A stretch of DNA of 38,006 bases from Nemertoderma westbladi. Its lineage: Eukaryota; Animalia; Xenacoelomorpha. Of the stretch, positions 12,451 to 24,410 are shown one piece after another (the stretch's first letter is position 1; the number at the start of each line of letters is the position of its first letter). The notes beneath the pieces were generated by a model. That model worked only from the letters and a program-made list of their open reading frames with translations, was not told the origin of the DNA and made no database searches. Location: contig JAUCBJ010003910.1 in NCBI GenBank assembly GCA_032718475.1, positions 1 to 38,006 of the forward strand, in the 5' to 3' direction. Made by a program: the position numbers and the translations under genes.

Positions 12451-14663
12451 ATGTTGTTGATGCCAACAAACACCACATTCGAAAAGAGTAAGGGGAAGCT
12501 ATGGACCTTTCAATACCCTAATGGAACAAAAGCACAACTGGATTACATCCTTATAAACAAAAAGTGGAGAAACAGCATGATCAACTGCGAGGCATACAGC
12601 TCGTTCAACCTAATTGGTTCGGACCACAGAATTGTGACTGCAGAGATCAGACTCAGTTTGAGAGCCAGCAAACCCAGGACAAGCAAGCAAATCAACTATG
12701 ACTGGGAGAAACTCAGAACTGACAATACAGTAAAGGATGCTTACACAGTAGAAGTTCAAAACCGCTTCGAAGCACTTCAGTCAATGGATGAAGACCAGTC
12801 CACCGATTCAATATACCAGAATATAATAAAAGCCCACAAGGAATCAGCTAAGAGGCATATCCCCCAGAACCCCAAACGAAAACAGTATGTGCCATGGCAA
12901 AACCCTGAGGTTACTTGTAAGAGAGAAGATCTTAAGATAGCCTACGAAGTAAAAACCGAACAAGCAACAACCGAAAACATTAACAAGGTTGAGAGAGCTA
13001 AGGATGATCTTAAATTGGCCTACGACATCGGCCAGGAAAAGTACATACAGGATAAAATTGAAGCAATTACAACTGCTCACATACAGCAACAATCAAGACT
13101 TACCTGGCAAACTGTGAATGAGGTATCTGGTCGGAAAAGTTGTGCAAAGGGGCGCCTCAAAGTCGATAGTCCCGAAGAACGTGTGGGGAAGTGGAAAAAT
13201 CACTTCAGCAACTTGCTTGGGCAGCCACCAAACATCGAGGTCAGCCCTACAAGGAAAATATATGACAAGACACTACCAAGAGAGGGGACTTCCCACCTGC
13301 CGAACTCCAAAGAAGCATTAAAAGCATGTCCATGTCCAATAATAAAGCGAGTGGATTAGATGAAATTCCAGCGGAGGTATGGAAAACAGGAGTGCTAAAC
13401 AGACCATTATTGAATGTTTGCAACCGGATGTAAAAAGGGGAAAAGCCTCCACCAATTTGGACTAAAGGTCAACTAAAGACCTCGGTATACCAACAAACTA
13501 TCGTGGGATCTGTCTGCTTGTGGTAGCCGCCAAAATATACAATAAAAACGGATTTCGACCAAGTAGATCAACAATAGCTCAGATACTTGCACTACGGATA
13601 CTGATTGGAGGAATTAAGTAATTAAGTCAAATAATCTCCCCGCAGTCATGACTTTTGTGGACTTCAAGAAGGCATTCGACTCCATCCATAGAGGCAAAAT
13701 GCTCGAAATCCTAAGAGCTTATGGAATACCAGAAGTAATCGTTGCTGGCATTGGATTGTTATATTGTGACACAGAAGCACAAGCACAGGTACGAGTTTTT
13801 CTCAATCCTGGCTGGCGTACTGCAAGGTGACACATTAGCACCATTGTCCATTACTATTTGTAATTGTACTGGATTACGCAATGAGGACGGCCACAAAGGG
13901 TGAAGATCTGGGATTCACACTTCAAGAACGCAGAAGTAGTAGATATCCGGCAACTACAGTCACAGACACCGACTTCGCGGATGACATCGCCCTGCTCTCT
14001 AATACGCTAGCAGATGCACAGCTTCTACTAAATAAAGTGGAGAGGGCTGCTAAGGAGGTTGGATTGCATATAAATGCTACCAAGACCGAATTCATGACTT
14101 TTAATGTTGATGGAAGCTTGACAAGCATTAATAGTAATCAACTAAGGAAGGTTGACGACTTCCAGTACCTTGGATCATGGATAGAGAGTAGGAAAAAGGA
14201 CATAGAAGTTAGGAAAGCAAAGGCTTGGGTAGCTCTATCAAAAATGGATACCATCTGGAAATCAGATCTCCCCAGGTACCTGAAGACTAAGTTCTTTCGA
14301 GCCACAGTGGAAAGTGTATTTTTTGGACTAAGGGCAGCCCTAAACATCAGCTGGAGACAACACATGACAAATGCCGAGCTTTATGGTACAATACCACCAG
14401 TATCAACCACCCTCCGTGAACGCAGATTAAGATTCAGTGGGCACTGCTAGCGTAGTCAAGACGAGGTCATACCAGATCTACTTTTCTGGCAACCAACTCA
14501 TGGAAAGCGTAGTCGCGGACGACCGGCCATAACATATATAGATCAACTTGAAAGGGATACTGAACTTGGGAGAAACGAAATTGCGACAACTATGGAGAAT
14601 CGGGAAGCCTGGAAGGATCTCATTTCCACTGTCCGAGTTCGCTCGACTTAGTAGTAGTAGTAG
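12451..14663 (+). mobile_element. 5'-truncated, frameshifted non-LTR retrotransposon (RTE-like LINE): APE endonuclease C-terminus plus reverse transcriptase
   Basis: QLDYILI...SDHRIV (APE motifs) in 12451-13359, FVDFKKAFDSIHR (13648-13830), DFADDIALL and FQYLGS (13881-14450). Stops and frameshifts lie between fragments. 3' (TAG)n tail at ~14649-14663. Confidence 0.92.
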
Positions 14664-15003
14664 TTGTTTGTTTCTATTTTAAGATCACTATCCTACAGAC
14701 AGACAGACTTATTTTAATTTATTTTATATTGTAAAGGCCTATCGCACAGGTAGGCCATACCACTGTATGACTGTCATACGGTCATACCATACAGCCATAC
14801 GGAACCGCACTGGGCTGAAAAAGGCTATTAAAGTTGTGTATAGGAGGATAGGCTGATAGCAGGATAGGCCTATAGCTCAGTAGCTGTAGAGTAAAAATCA
14901 ACTGTGAACTGTATAAGCGTTTAGGATCAGATTACCCCAAACGCTTACGCCAAAATCTCTTATTTCGCTTACATTTCTGCATTTACTTTATTACACTACC
15001 GGT

Positions 15004-15813
15004 ATGGCCTTTATTCAATCCAATGTATCGATGGATCAGGATATGGATGACAATGAGAACGATGACTGCGATTCAGGTTCCGTCTTCGATAACCCTTCCG
15101 CATACGACAGCCTAGCGCCTATAGACCGCCTCAGTGGTTACGTGGAAAGCGACAACGTATTTATCCGACAGATGGTTGCTAGGAACATCCTGGACACATT
15201 GTTACGAGTTACCGAATCGGAAGAAGACTGTCTAACAGTGTTCCGCGCAATGGTGCGTCTCATAGACGACCCAGAGCCGGGAATCCGTGCGGAACTTATG
15301 GAACGCGTTCCGCACGTAGCCGTTTACTGTTGGGACAGCGTTAAGATTTACCTACAGGACTCGGTATCTGTCTACCTAGTGCCTATGGTCGTTAACTTCC
15401 TTACAGATGCCAATAATCAGGTCCGTAAGACCGCACAAGCCGCTCTCATACAGTTGATGACTGATCGAGTAATTTCCCGGGCGGATCTAGAAGATCAGGT
15501 CTGTCCTGTGATCAAAGACCTGACGGCTGCGGAGAGTAGCGACGATCTTCGCACCGAGGCTGTCACTCTTATGTGTAAGATGGCACCTCTACTGGGAATG
15601 TCGTTGGCAGACTCGTTGTTTCTCGATCGGTTCACCTCGCTATGCTCGGACTCTGTGTTCAGCGTTCGCAAGGTCTGCGCTTCCAGCTTTGGCGATATGT
15701 GCGCCATCCTCGGAAAGGATACCACGGACAACGTCCTCCTCCATAACTTCCTCCAGCTTTGCGAGGATGGAGTCTGGGGTGTCAGAAAGGCCGCAGCTGA
15801 GTCTTTCATGGAG
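15004..15813 (+). CDS. PPP4R1: Serine/threonine-protein phosphatase 4 regulatory subunit 1, coding exon 1 (270 codons)
   Basis: HEAT-repeat peptide LAPIDRLSGYVESDNVFIRQMVARNILDTL...DPEPGIRAELMERVPH...NNQVRKTAQAAL...DGVWGVRKAAAESFME matches the PPP4R1 N-terminus as I recall it. Donor GAG|GTGAGT, phase 0. Confidence 0.93.
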
Positions 15814-16424
15814 GTGAGTCGGAGTAGCGATCTATCCATTTTTTTTATTGTTAGATAAATTGTGTAATTGGTGTCAATAACCTCTTTACAAGGCAATTAA
15901 TAGGGGGGTTGACTAATTACCGACAATTTTCGTTCCCTTATTTAGGAGACTTGGTTTTACCCAAAATTATTGAAATTTGGTACACATGCATAGAATAGGT
16001 GAATAAAAAATTTCAAAAAAAAATTTTCGAAATTTTCAATTTTTAACCTAATTAACATAATATGCAATTATTTTTTAAAATGCAAAGGATTTTAGAGGGA
16101 TGGTCATCAAGTGCGCAAAATTTCATCATTTGTGAACAATGTCATCATGAAACGATCCTATTACCAGAATTTTATTGCTTCTGTTCAAAAATTATTAAAA
16201 AAAAGTTTTTTTGCTGTATTTTTAACAGATTTCGCCATTTTTGGCCCAAAATTGACTCATTTTTTTAAATATTTCAGCTATAACAAAGAAAATTAAAAAA
16301 GTGGTAATAGGGGGTGTTAAGCATCACCCAATAATCATTCATGCTAAATTTCATAAGAATTCGTCAAACTTTGAAATTTAAAATTTGCATTATTCAGAAA
16401 ACGCCTTTAAAGTTTATGCATCTA

Positions 16425-16880
16425 GTTGGTATGCATTCCTATTACTTTGACAGACAGATCGCAGGACAGACAGTAAAACCGGCAGACAGACATACAGACA
16501 TTAGTAGGTTTTGTTAAAATTGAAAACTGACGTTGGAAATGAAATTAGCAACCAGGATAACCCCCATAACAAAACTTTTATACAGTTGGAATGCTTTCCA
16601 TATATTTTGACAGGCAGACATACGGACATACAGACAGACCGACAATCAGACATAATAGACTTCACTAAAAAAGAAAACTGACTTCGGAAATGAAATCAGC
16701 GACGAAAAAACCACAACAATGAAGTTTTAGCTAGGTGATATGATGTCCTTATATTTTGACAGACAGATCGTCGGACAGACAGACAGAGTGACAGTCAGAC
16801 ATAGAGACATAATAGTTTTCGTTAATAGTGAAAACAGCGACCATGAAAACCACCATTACATAACTTTACCTAGAAAGAAT
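16425..16880. repeat. Three diverged ~150-160-bp tandem units with (GACA)n microsatellite
   Basis: TTGACAG(A/G)CAGA at ~16447, ~16607 and ~16756, each followed by GACATA...GAAAAC. Resembles the central repeats of Helitron-derived elements. Confidence 0.65.
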
Positions 16881-17355
16881 GCGTTTGCTATATTTTATAT
16901 GATGTTAGACAACCACGACTTTAGAGGGATTGTGATATTAATATGAAAACAATAAAATAGGACATGGGGTCTTATTCCCTCAGATACTACCTAGCATTTA
17001 GGGCCACTTGGGTCACTGTTAGTACTCAGGCACTAAGGCCCATCAAAAAACAAAATACCAAATCGATTTTAGTGCTACATAACCCAACCCAACTACCACA
17101 AGAAAAATTAGACCAAACCCATACAGTAACTACAGGTTCCGGTAAGTATTGCACGAAATAGGCTATCCCATAAATTACGAAAAATATAGGACATTTTGTC
17201 CGCCGAAAAGGTAAGTCTAAGTAATAAATTTTATAAAAATAAAAGGGTTTCGGAGATTTAAACACTGAACCCTGGGATTCGTGGTTCTCCTCATCAGCAG
17301 TGTGCCACGAACCCCACCCCACCCCTACCCTAACAAAACTGCACCACTAAATATT

Positions 17356-17774
17356 AGTGGAAAGCTGGTTGTGCACGGATTCCAAATATGTAACTTTGTA
17401 ACTAATATGTAACAAATATGTCTAAATTTCGTCTAAAATAGTTGAGATATGAGCGTTTAAAACTTGCATGGTTTTACATATGAGCGAGGCTATTTTATTC
17501 TATTAAATAAATACAACATATTATTCTGGAATATTTTGTTTATCCCATAAGTAGCTTGGCAACTATGCAATACCTCTTTAATCATACTATTATATAGCTA
17601 CTCATGCATTAACAAAATATTCCAGAATAATATGTTGTATTTATTTAATAGAATAAAATAGCCTTGCTCGTATGTAAAACCATACAAGTTTTAAACGCTC
17701 ATATCGCAGCTATTTTAAGACGAAATTTAGATTATGTTACATATTTGGAATCCTTGCACAACCAGCTATCCACT
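17356..17774. repeat. Long inverted repeat (~170-185-bp arms, ~70-bp spacer)
   Basis: 17356-17540 is the near reverse complement of 17611-17774 (e.g. CAACATATTATTCTGGAATATTTTGTT / AACAAAATATTCCAGAATAATATGTTG). Confidence 0.9.
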
Positions 17775-18384
17775 GGTACCTAGAAATCACTATAAGGTTG
17801 AAGAATAACTGCGGTGTAACTGGTGCAATTTTGCCGGAGACACTTTTTTCAAACGCTTGTAGCTAAAGAATTAAAGCGAAAATAAAAATTCTGGCTCACC
17901 CATCAAGGAGGAGGGAGGTGAAAATATTTCTGTTTCAAATTTCATGCAATCTCATTACGATTTGTAAAAAAATTTAGGGGGGGCCATGTACCTGAAAAAA
18001 GGCACTATATTCCAGGACATGGTGTATGTGTTGCAGATACCCCACAGACAAAATTTTAAACTTTTTCAAAAATGTTACAAATTTGGGCTCTTTTTAAAAT
18101 TTTTTTTACAAAATTTGAAAAATCACACCTAAAATTAAAACGAAACTAGTTTTATCAAAATTTTCTCTGTACGAATGTTTTCTATTACTCTTCTACACGT
18201 TTGTACCAAATTTCAAATGATTTGCACTAAAATTATAAGGCCGAGGAAAAAATGCTTTTATTCCAAAATTGTAACATTACTCAACGCCGTTAGTATTAAC
18301 AGCGAGTTGTTATTTAGCACTTTACGACTTTAGAGGACATTACAGCATTGTATTGGCCTGTACATTTAGTATTGTATTTGGTTT

Positions 18385-18473
18385 TATTGTTTACTTGGTA
18401 ACCATGACGGCGTTAAGTAATGTCCCCCTAGTGGACATTACTTAACGCCGTCATGGTTGCCACGTAAACAATA
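18385..18473. repeat. 41-bp-arm palindrome with 7-nt loop
   Basis: TATTGTTTACTTGGTAACCATGACGGCGTTAAGTAATGTCC-CCCTAGT-GGACATTACTTAACGCCGTCATGGTTGCCACGTAAACAATA, 2 mismatches. Confidence 0.9.
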
Positions 18474-18747
18474 GGGGGAAAATTTACCTGACAGCCAGAT
18501 AGGCCTACTGCATTACCTACCGGTAGTATCTACCGCTATTAATAACCATTAGCTTAAGTAATTAATAGTAGTAATTATAACATGCCTCCAAACGCCGCGA
18601 TAAATATAACTTAACTTATTTATAACATAATTTATGTCATTTTTACATTTATTTATACAGCAACTAATATAATTTGAGCAGTTTCTATCACTTATAATGT
18701 ATATGTACAATCATTTCGTAATGTTAAAATTTTGGAATAAAACTACA

Positions 18748-18884
18748 TACATACTTGTTGCAAAGTACTTTACAGTGTTCTGATCCTCGTGGCTTTATTT
18801 TCACTCACTCACTAACGTTCGTTCGTGTAACAAAGCCACTCGGATCATCACACTGTAAAGTGCTACTTTACACACAAGTATGTA
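18748..18884. repeat. Imperfect fold-back element whose right arm seeds the 30-bp satellite
   Basis: Left arm TACATACTTGT..AAAGTA..CTTTACAGTGT..TGATCC..GTGGCTTT pairs with right arm AAAGCCAC..GGATCA..ACACTGTAAAG..TACTTT..ACAAGTATGTA around the centre CACTCACTCACTAACGTTCGTTCGTG. Confidence 0.8.
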
Positions 18885-21800
18885 ATAAAGTGCTACTTTA
18901 CACACAAGTATGTAATAAAGTGCTACTTTACACACAAGTATGTAATAAAGTGCTACTTTACACACAAGTATGTAATAAAGTGCTACTTTACACACAAGTA
19001 TGTAATAAAGTGCTACTTTACACACAAGTATGTAATAAAGTGCTACTTTACACACAAGTATGTAATAAAGTGCTACTTTACACACAAGTATGTAATAAAG
19101 TGCTACTTTACACACAAGTATGTAATAAAGTGCTACTTTACACACAAGTATGTAATAAAGTGCTACTTTACACACAAGTATGTAATAAAGTGCTACTTTA
19201 CACACAAGTATGTAATAAAGTGCTACTTTACACACAAGTATGTAATAAAGTGCTACTTTACACACAAGTATGTAATAAAGTGCTACTTTACACACAAGTA
19301 TGTAATAAAGTGCTACTTTACACACAAGTATGTAATAAAGTGCTACTTTACACACAAGTATGTAATAAAGTGCTACTTTACACACAAGTATGTAATAAAG
19401 TGCTACTTTACACACAAGTATGTAATAAAGTGCTACTTTACACACAAGTATGTAATAAAGTGCTACTTTACACACAAGTATGTAATAAAGTGCTACTTTA
19501 CACACAAGTATGTAATAAAGTGCTACTTTACACACAAGTATGTAATAAAGTGCTACTTTACACACAAGTATGTAATAAAGTGCTACTTTACACACAAGTA
19601 TGTAATAAAGTGCTACTTTACACACAAGTATGTAATAAAGTGCTACTTTACACACAAGTATGTAATAAAGTGCTACTTTACACACAAGTATGTAATAAAG
19701 TGCTACTTTACACACAAGTATGTAATAAAGTGCTACTTTACACACAAGTATGTAATAAAGTGCTACTTTACACACAAGTATGTAATAAAGTGCTACTTTA
19801 CACACAAGTATGTAATAAAGTGCTACTTTACACACAAGTATGTAATAAAGTGCTACTTTACACACAAGTATGTAATAAAGTGCTACTTTACACACAAGTA
19901 TGTAATAAAGTGCTACTTTACACACAAGTATGTAATAAAGTGCTACTTTACACACAAGTATGTAATAAAGTGCTACTTTACACACAAGTATGTAATAAAG
20001 TGCTACTTTACACACAAGTATGTAATAAAGTGCTACTTTACACACAAGTATGTAATAAAGTGCTACTTTACACACAAGTATGTAATAAAGTGCTACTTTA
20101 CACACAAGTATGTAATAAAGTGCTACTTTACACACAAGTATGTAATAAAGTGCTACTTTACACACAAGTATGTAATAAAGTGCTACTTTACACACAAGTA
20201 TGTAATAAAGTGCTACTTTACACACAAGTATGTAATAAAGTGCTACTTTACACACAAGTATGTAATAAAGTGCTACTTTACACACAAGTATGTAATAAAG
20301 TGCTACTTTACACACAAGTATGTAATAAAGTGCTACTTTACACACAAGTATGTAATAAAGTGCTACTTTACACACAAGTATGTAATAAAGTGCTACTTTA
20401 CACACAAGTATGTAATAAAGTGCTACTTTACACACAAGTATGTAATAAAGTGCTACTTTACACACAAGTATGTAATAAAGTGCTACTTTACACACAAGTA
20501 TGTAATAAAGTGCTACTTTACACACAAGTATGTAATAAAGTGCTACTTTACACACAAGTATGTAATAAAGTGCTACTTTACACACAAGTATGTAATAAAG
20601 TGCTACTTTACACACAAGTATGTAATAAAGTGCTACTTTACACACAAGTATGTAATAAAGTGCTACTTTACACACAAGTATGTAATAAAGTGCTACTTTA
20701 CACACAAGTATGTAATAAAGTGCTACTTTACACACAAGTATGTAATAAAGTGCTACTTTACACACAAGTATGTAATAAAGTGCTACTTTACACACAAGTA
20801 TGTAATAAAGTGCTACTTTACACACAAGTATGTAATAAAGTGCTACTTTACACACAAGTATGTAATAAAGTGCTACTTTACACACAAGTATGTAATAAAG
20901 TGCTACTTTACACACAAGTATGTAATAAAGTGCTACTTTACACACAAGTATGTAATAAAGTGCTACTTTACACACAAGTATGTAATAAAGTGCTACTTTA
21001 CACACAAGTATGTAATAAAGTGCTACTTTACACACAAGTATGTAATAAAGTGCTACTTTACACACAAGTATGTAATAAAGTGCTACTTTACACACAAGTA
21101 TGTAATAAAGTGCTACTTTACACACAAGTATGTAATAAAGTGCTACTTTACACACAAGTATGTAATAAAGTGCTACTTTACACACAAGTATGTAATAAAG
21201 TGCTACTTTACACACAAGTATGTAATAAAGTGCTACTTTACACACAAGTATGTAATAAAGTGCTACTTTACACACAAGTATGTAATAAAGTGCTACTTTA
21301 CACACAAGTATGTAATAAAGTGCTACTTTACACACAAGTATGTAATAAAGTGCTACTTTACACACAAGTATGTAATAAAGTGCTACTTTACACACAAGTA
21401 TGTAATAAAGTGCTACTTTACACACAAGTATGTAATAAAGTGCTACTTTACACACAAGTATGTAATAAAGTGCTACTTTACACACAAGTATGTAATAAAG
21501 TGCTACTTTACACACAAGTATGTAATAAAGTGCTACTTTACACACAAGTATGTAATAAAGTGCTACTTTACACACAAGTATGTAATAAAGTGCTACTTTA
21601 CACACAAGTATGTAATAAAGTGCTACTTTACACACAAGTATGTAATAAAGTGCTACTTTACACACAAGTATGTAATAAAGTGCTACTTTACACACAAGTA
21701 TGTAATAAAGTGCTACTTTACACACAAGTATGTAATAAAGTGCTACTTTACACACAAGTATGTAATAAAGTGCTACTTTACACACAAGTATGTAATAAAG

Positions 21801-23107
21801 TGCTACTTTACACACAAGTATGTAATAAAGTGCTACTTTACACACAAGTATGTAATAAAGTGCTACTTTACACACAAGTATGTAATAAAGTGCTACTTTA
21901 CACACAAGTATGTAATAAAGTGCTACTTTACACACAAGTATGTAATAAAGTGCTACTTTACACACAAGTATGTAATAAAGTGCTACTTTACACACAAGTA
22001 TGTAATAAAGTGCTACTTTACACACAAGTATGTAATAAAGTGCTACTTTACACACAAGTATGTAATAAAGTGCTACTTTACACACAAGTATGTAATAAAG
22101 TGCTACTTTACACACAAGTATGTAATAAAGTGCTACTTTACACACAAGTATGTAATAAAGTGCTACTTTACACACAAGTATGTAATAAAGTGCTACTTTA
22201 CACACAAGTATGTAATAAAGTGCTACTTTACACACAAGTTTGTAATAAAGTGCTACTTTACACACAAGTATGTAATAAAGTGCTACTTTACACACAAGTT
22301 TGTAATAAAGTGCTACTTTACACACAAGTATGTAATAAAGTGCTACTTTACACACAAGTATGTAATAAAGTGCTACTTTACACACAAGTATGTAATAAAG
22401 TGCTACTTTACACACAAGTTTGTAATAAAGTGCTACTTTACACACAAGTTTGTAATAAAGTGCTACTTTACACACAAGTATGTAATAAAGTGCTACTTTA
22501 CACACAAGTATGTAATAAAGTGCTACTTTACACACAAGTTTGTAATAAAGTGCTACTTTACACACAAGTATGTAATAAAGTGCTACTTTACACACAAGTA
22601 TGTAATAAAGTGCTACTTTACACACAAGTATGTAATAAAGTGCTACTTTACACACAAGTATGTAATAAAGTGCTACTTTACACACAAGTATGTAATAAAG
22701 TGCTACTTTACACACAAGTATGTAATAAAGTGCTACTTTACACACAAGTATGTAATAAAGTGCTACTTTACACACAAGTATGTAATAAAGTGCTACTTTA
22801 CACACAAGTTTGTAATAAAGTGCTACTTTACACACAAGTATGTAATAAAGTGCTACTTTACACACAAGTTTGTAATAAAGTGCTACTTTACACACAAGTA
22901 TGTAATAAAGTGCTACTTTACACACAAGTATGTAATAAAGTGCTACTTTACACACAAGTATGTAATAAAGTGCTACTTTACACACAAGTTTGTAATAAAG
23001 TGCTACTTTACACACAAGTTTGTAATAAAGTGCTACTTTACACACAAGTATGTAATAAAGTGCTACTTTACACACAAGTATGTAATAAAGTGCTACTTTA
23101 CACACAA
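18856..23107. repeat. 30-bp tandem satellite, ~142 copies (TAAAGTGCTACTTTACACACAAGTATGTAA)
   Basis: Near-perfect 30-bp periodicity over 4252 bp. The only variant seen is A>T in nine units near the 3' end. Each unit contains the hairpin TAAAGT-GCT-ACTTTA. Confidence 0.99.
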
Positions 23108-23561
23108 TATGTAAATAGTTATTATTATTTCGAGGAAATGCGGATTATAAGGATGACAAAACTTTAATTTGTTTATTTTTGTAAAAGATGTTGTTTTCGT
23201 TAAAATATTCCTTTTTCAACCAGACGTTTAACGTAACAAAGTTGTCGCAAATTTGAGGTCAATTCTGCACCATTGTGTAATTAAATAATACTATCTATAT
23301 AGCCTTCTATTGGACATCTGTTTTATTATATATCCGCATTTTTGAAAGATTGATTGGATAATTACTTTATTGTAGTTTGTTATTGTACTTTATTATAGTC
23401 TATATTGTCCACACTTTTGTGGAGATAGTTTTGGTGTTTCCTATCATTTTGCGCCATTATCTAATTTTTAAAATAACAGTTCGGGTCATATCTTTTGATT
23501 CGCAGCAGTGTTATGATATCCTGTTTCGGGCCCATTCGACGAGTATGGCCTAAAATATCCC

Positions 23562-23593
23562 CTTTATTGTCCGCAAAAGTGCGGACAATAAAG
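23562..23593. repeat. Perfect 14-bp stem-loop
   Basis: CTTTATTGTCCGCA-AAAG-TGCGGACAATAAAG, with a degenerate inverted counterpart TATTGTCCACACTTTTGTGGAGATAG at ~23403-23428. Confidence 0.8.
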
Positions 23594-24410
23594 TTATCAA
23601 TTATCCATTCAATGATCTTGAAGTTTATTCTGTTGATTTCGCTTTTTTTCATTCTAGAACAGCAATTGCGTTGGTGATTATTAATAAATCTAATTAAAAT
23701 GTTTAGTTGTATCATGGCCTACTATTTTTATACGGCCTAACAGGTCACTTGAAGTGGCCTCTTAAAAAGAGGCCAGTTTATTTTTTTACAATATTTAGAT
23801 ATTTTGATATGGGGAGAGTTCTATAAGTTTTCATTTGCTGCAATTTGGTCAACGGACGTATTTGAAATATCCTCGTTAAGCAAGATACTAAATTATATGG
23901 TAGCTAGTGTTTTAGGTACCGGTAGGTTTAGCTAATAATTTCGACCCTGGTTCCGACATGCTACTTCCTACTATAAATATTTTGTAGCAGCTAGTTCTTA
24001 TTACTATTTGTATAGAAAATGTTCCAGAAGATGTTAGCTATTCATTTTTTAAAGAAATTCTGCTCTAGAACAAATATTTTTTGTTCTAGAACATTTTTTA
24101 GAAAAAAATCTGGATTATATTTAAAACGCATGGAATCGTTCTAAAACGTGTTTAAAATAAATAACGCGTTCACAACTACACAAACTAAAATATTTTTGGT
24201 GGAATTTCTTAAATTTTATTACACGGGTTGAAAGAGCATCGACGTAGAAAAGGTCTGGAAGTAATTTGAGCAAAACCCATTCACACACTCAAATGTTGTT
24301 ACAACTTTAGTGTCTGCAAGGCGTAATCCAAAACTGAACTCAATATCCAATATTGGTTTATGTAGTTAAGCTACTCTATAGATACGTAATAAATATTCGA
24401 GAACACTAAA

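Noticed and set aside
12451-14450. Active reverse transcriptase, retron or DGR-like system
   Set aside because: Ordinary APE-RT LINE, 5'-truncated with several frameshifts and stops.
15814-15858. C-terminal VSRSSDLSIFFIVR of the 284-aa ORF
   Set aside because: Read-through into the intron past a consensus donor. Similarity to PPP4R1 resumes at 29467.
18856-23107. CRISPR array interpretation of the 30-bp array (also considered for the 31-bp array)
   Set aside because: Repeats are contiguous with no unique spacers, there are no cas genes, and the context is eukaryotic.
18755-23167. 1470-aa (+) and 1434-aa (-) repeat ORFs
   Set aside because: By-product of a 30-bp monomer lacking stops in those frames. 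Both use non-ATG starts, lie in an intron and show no protein-like variation.
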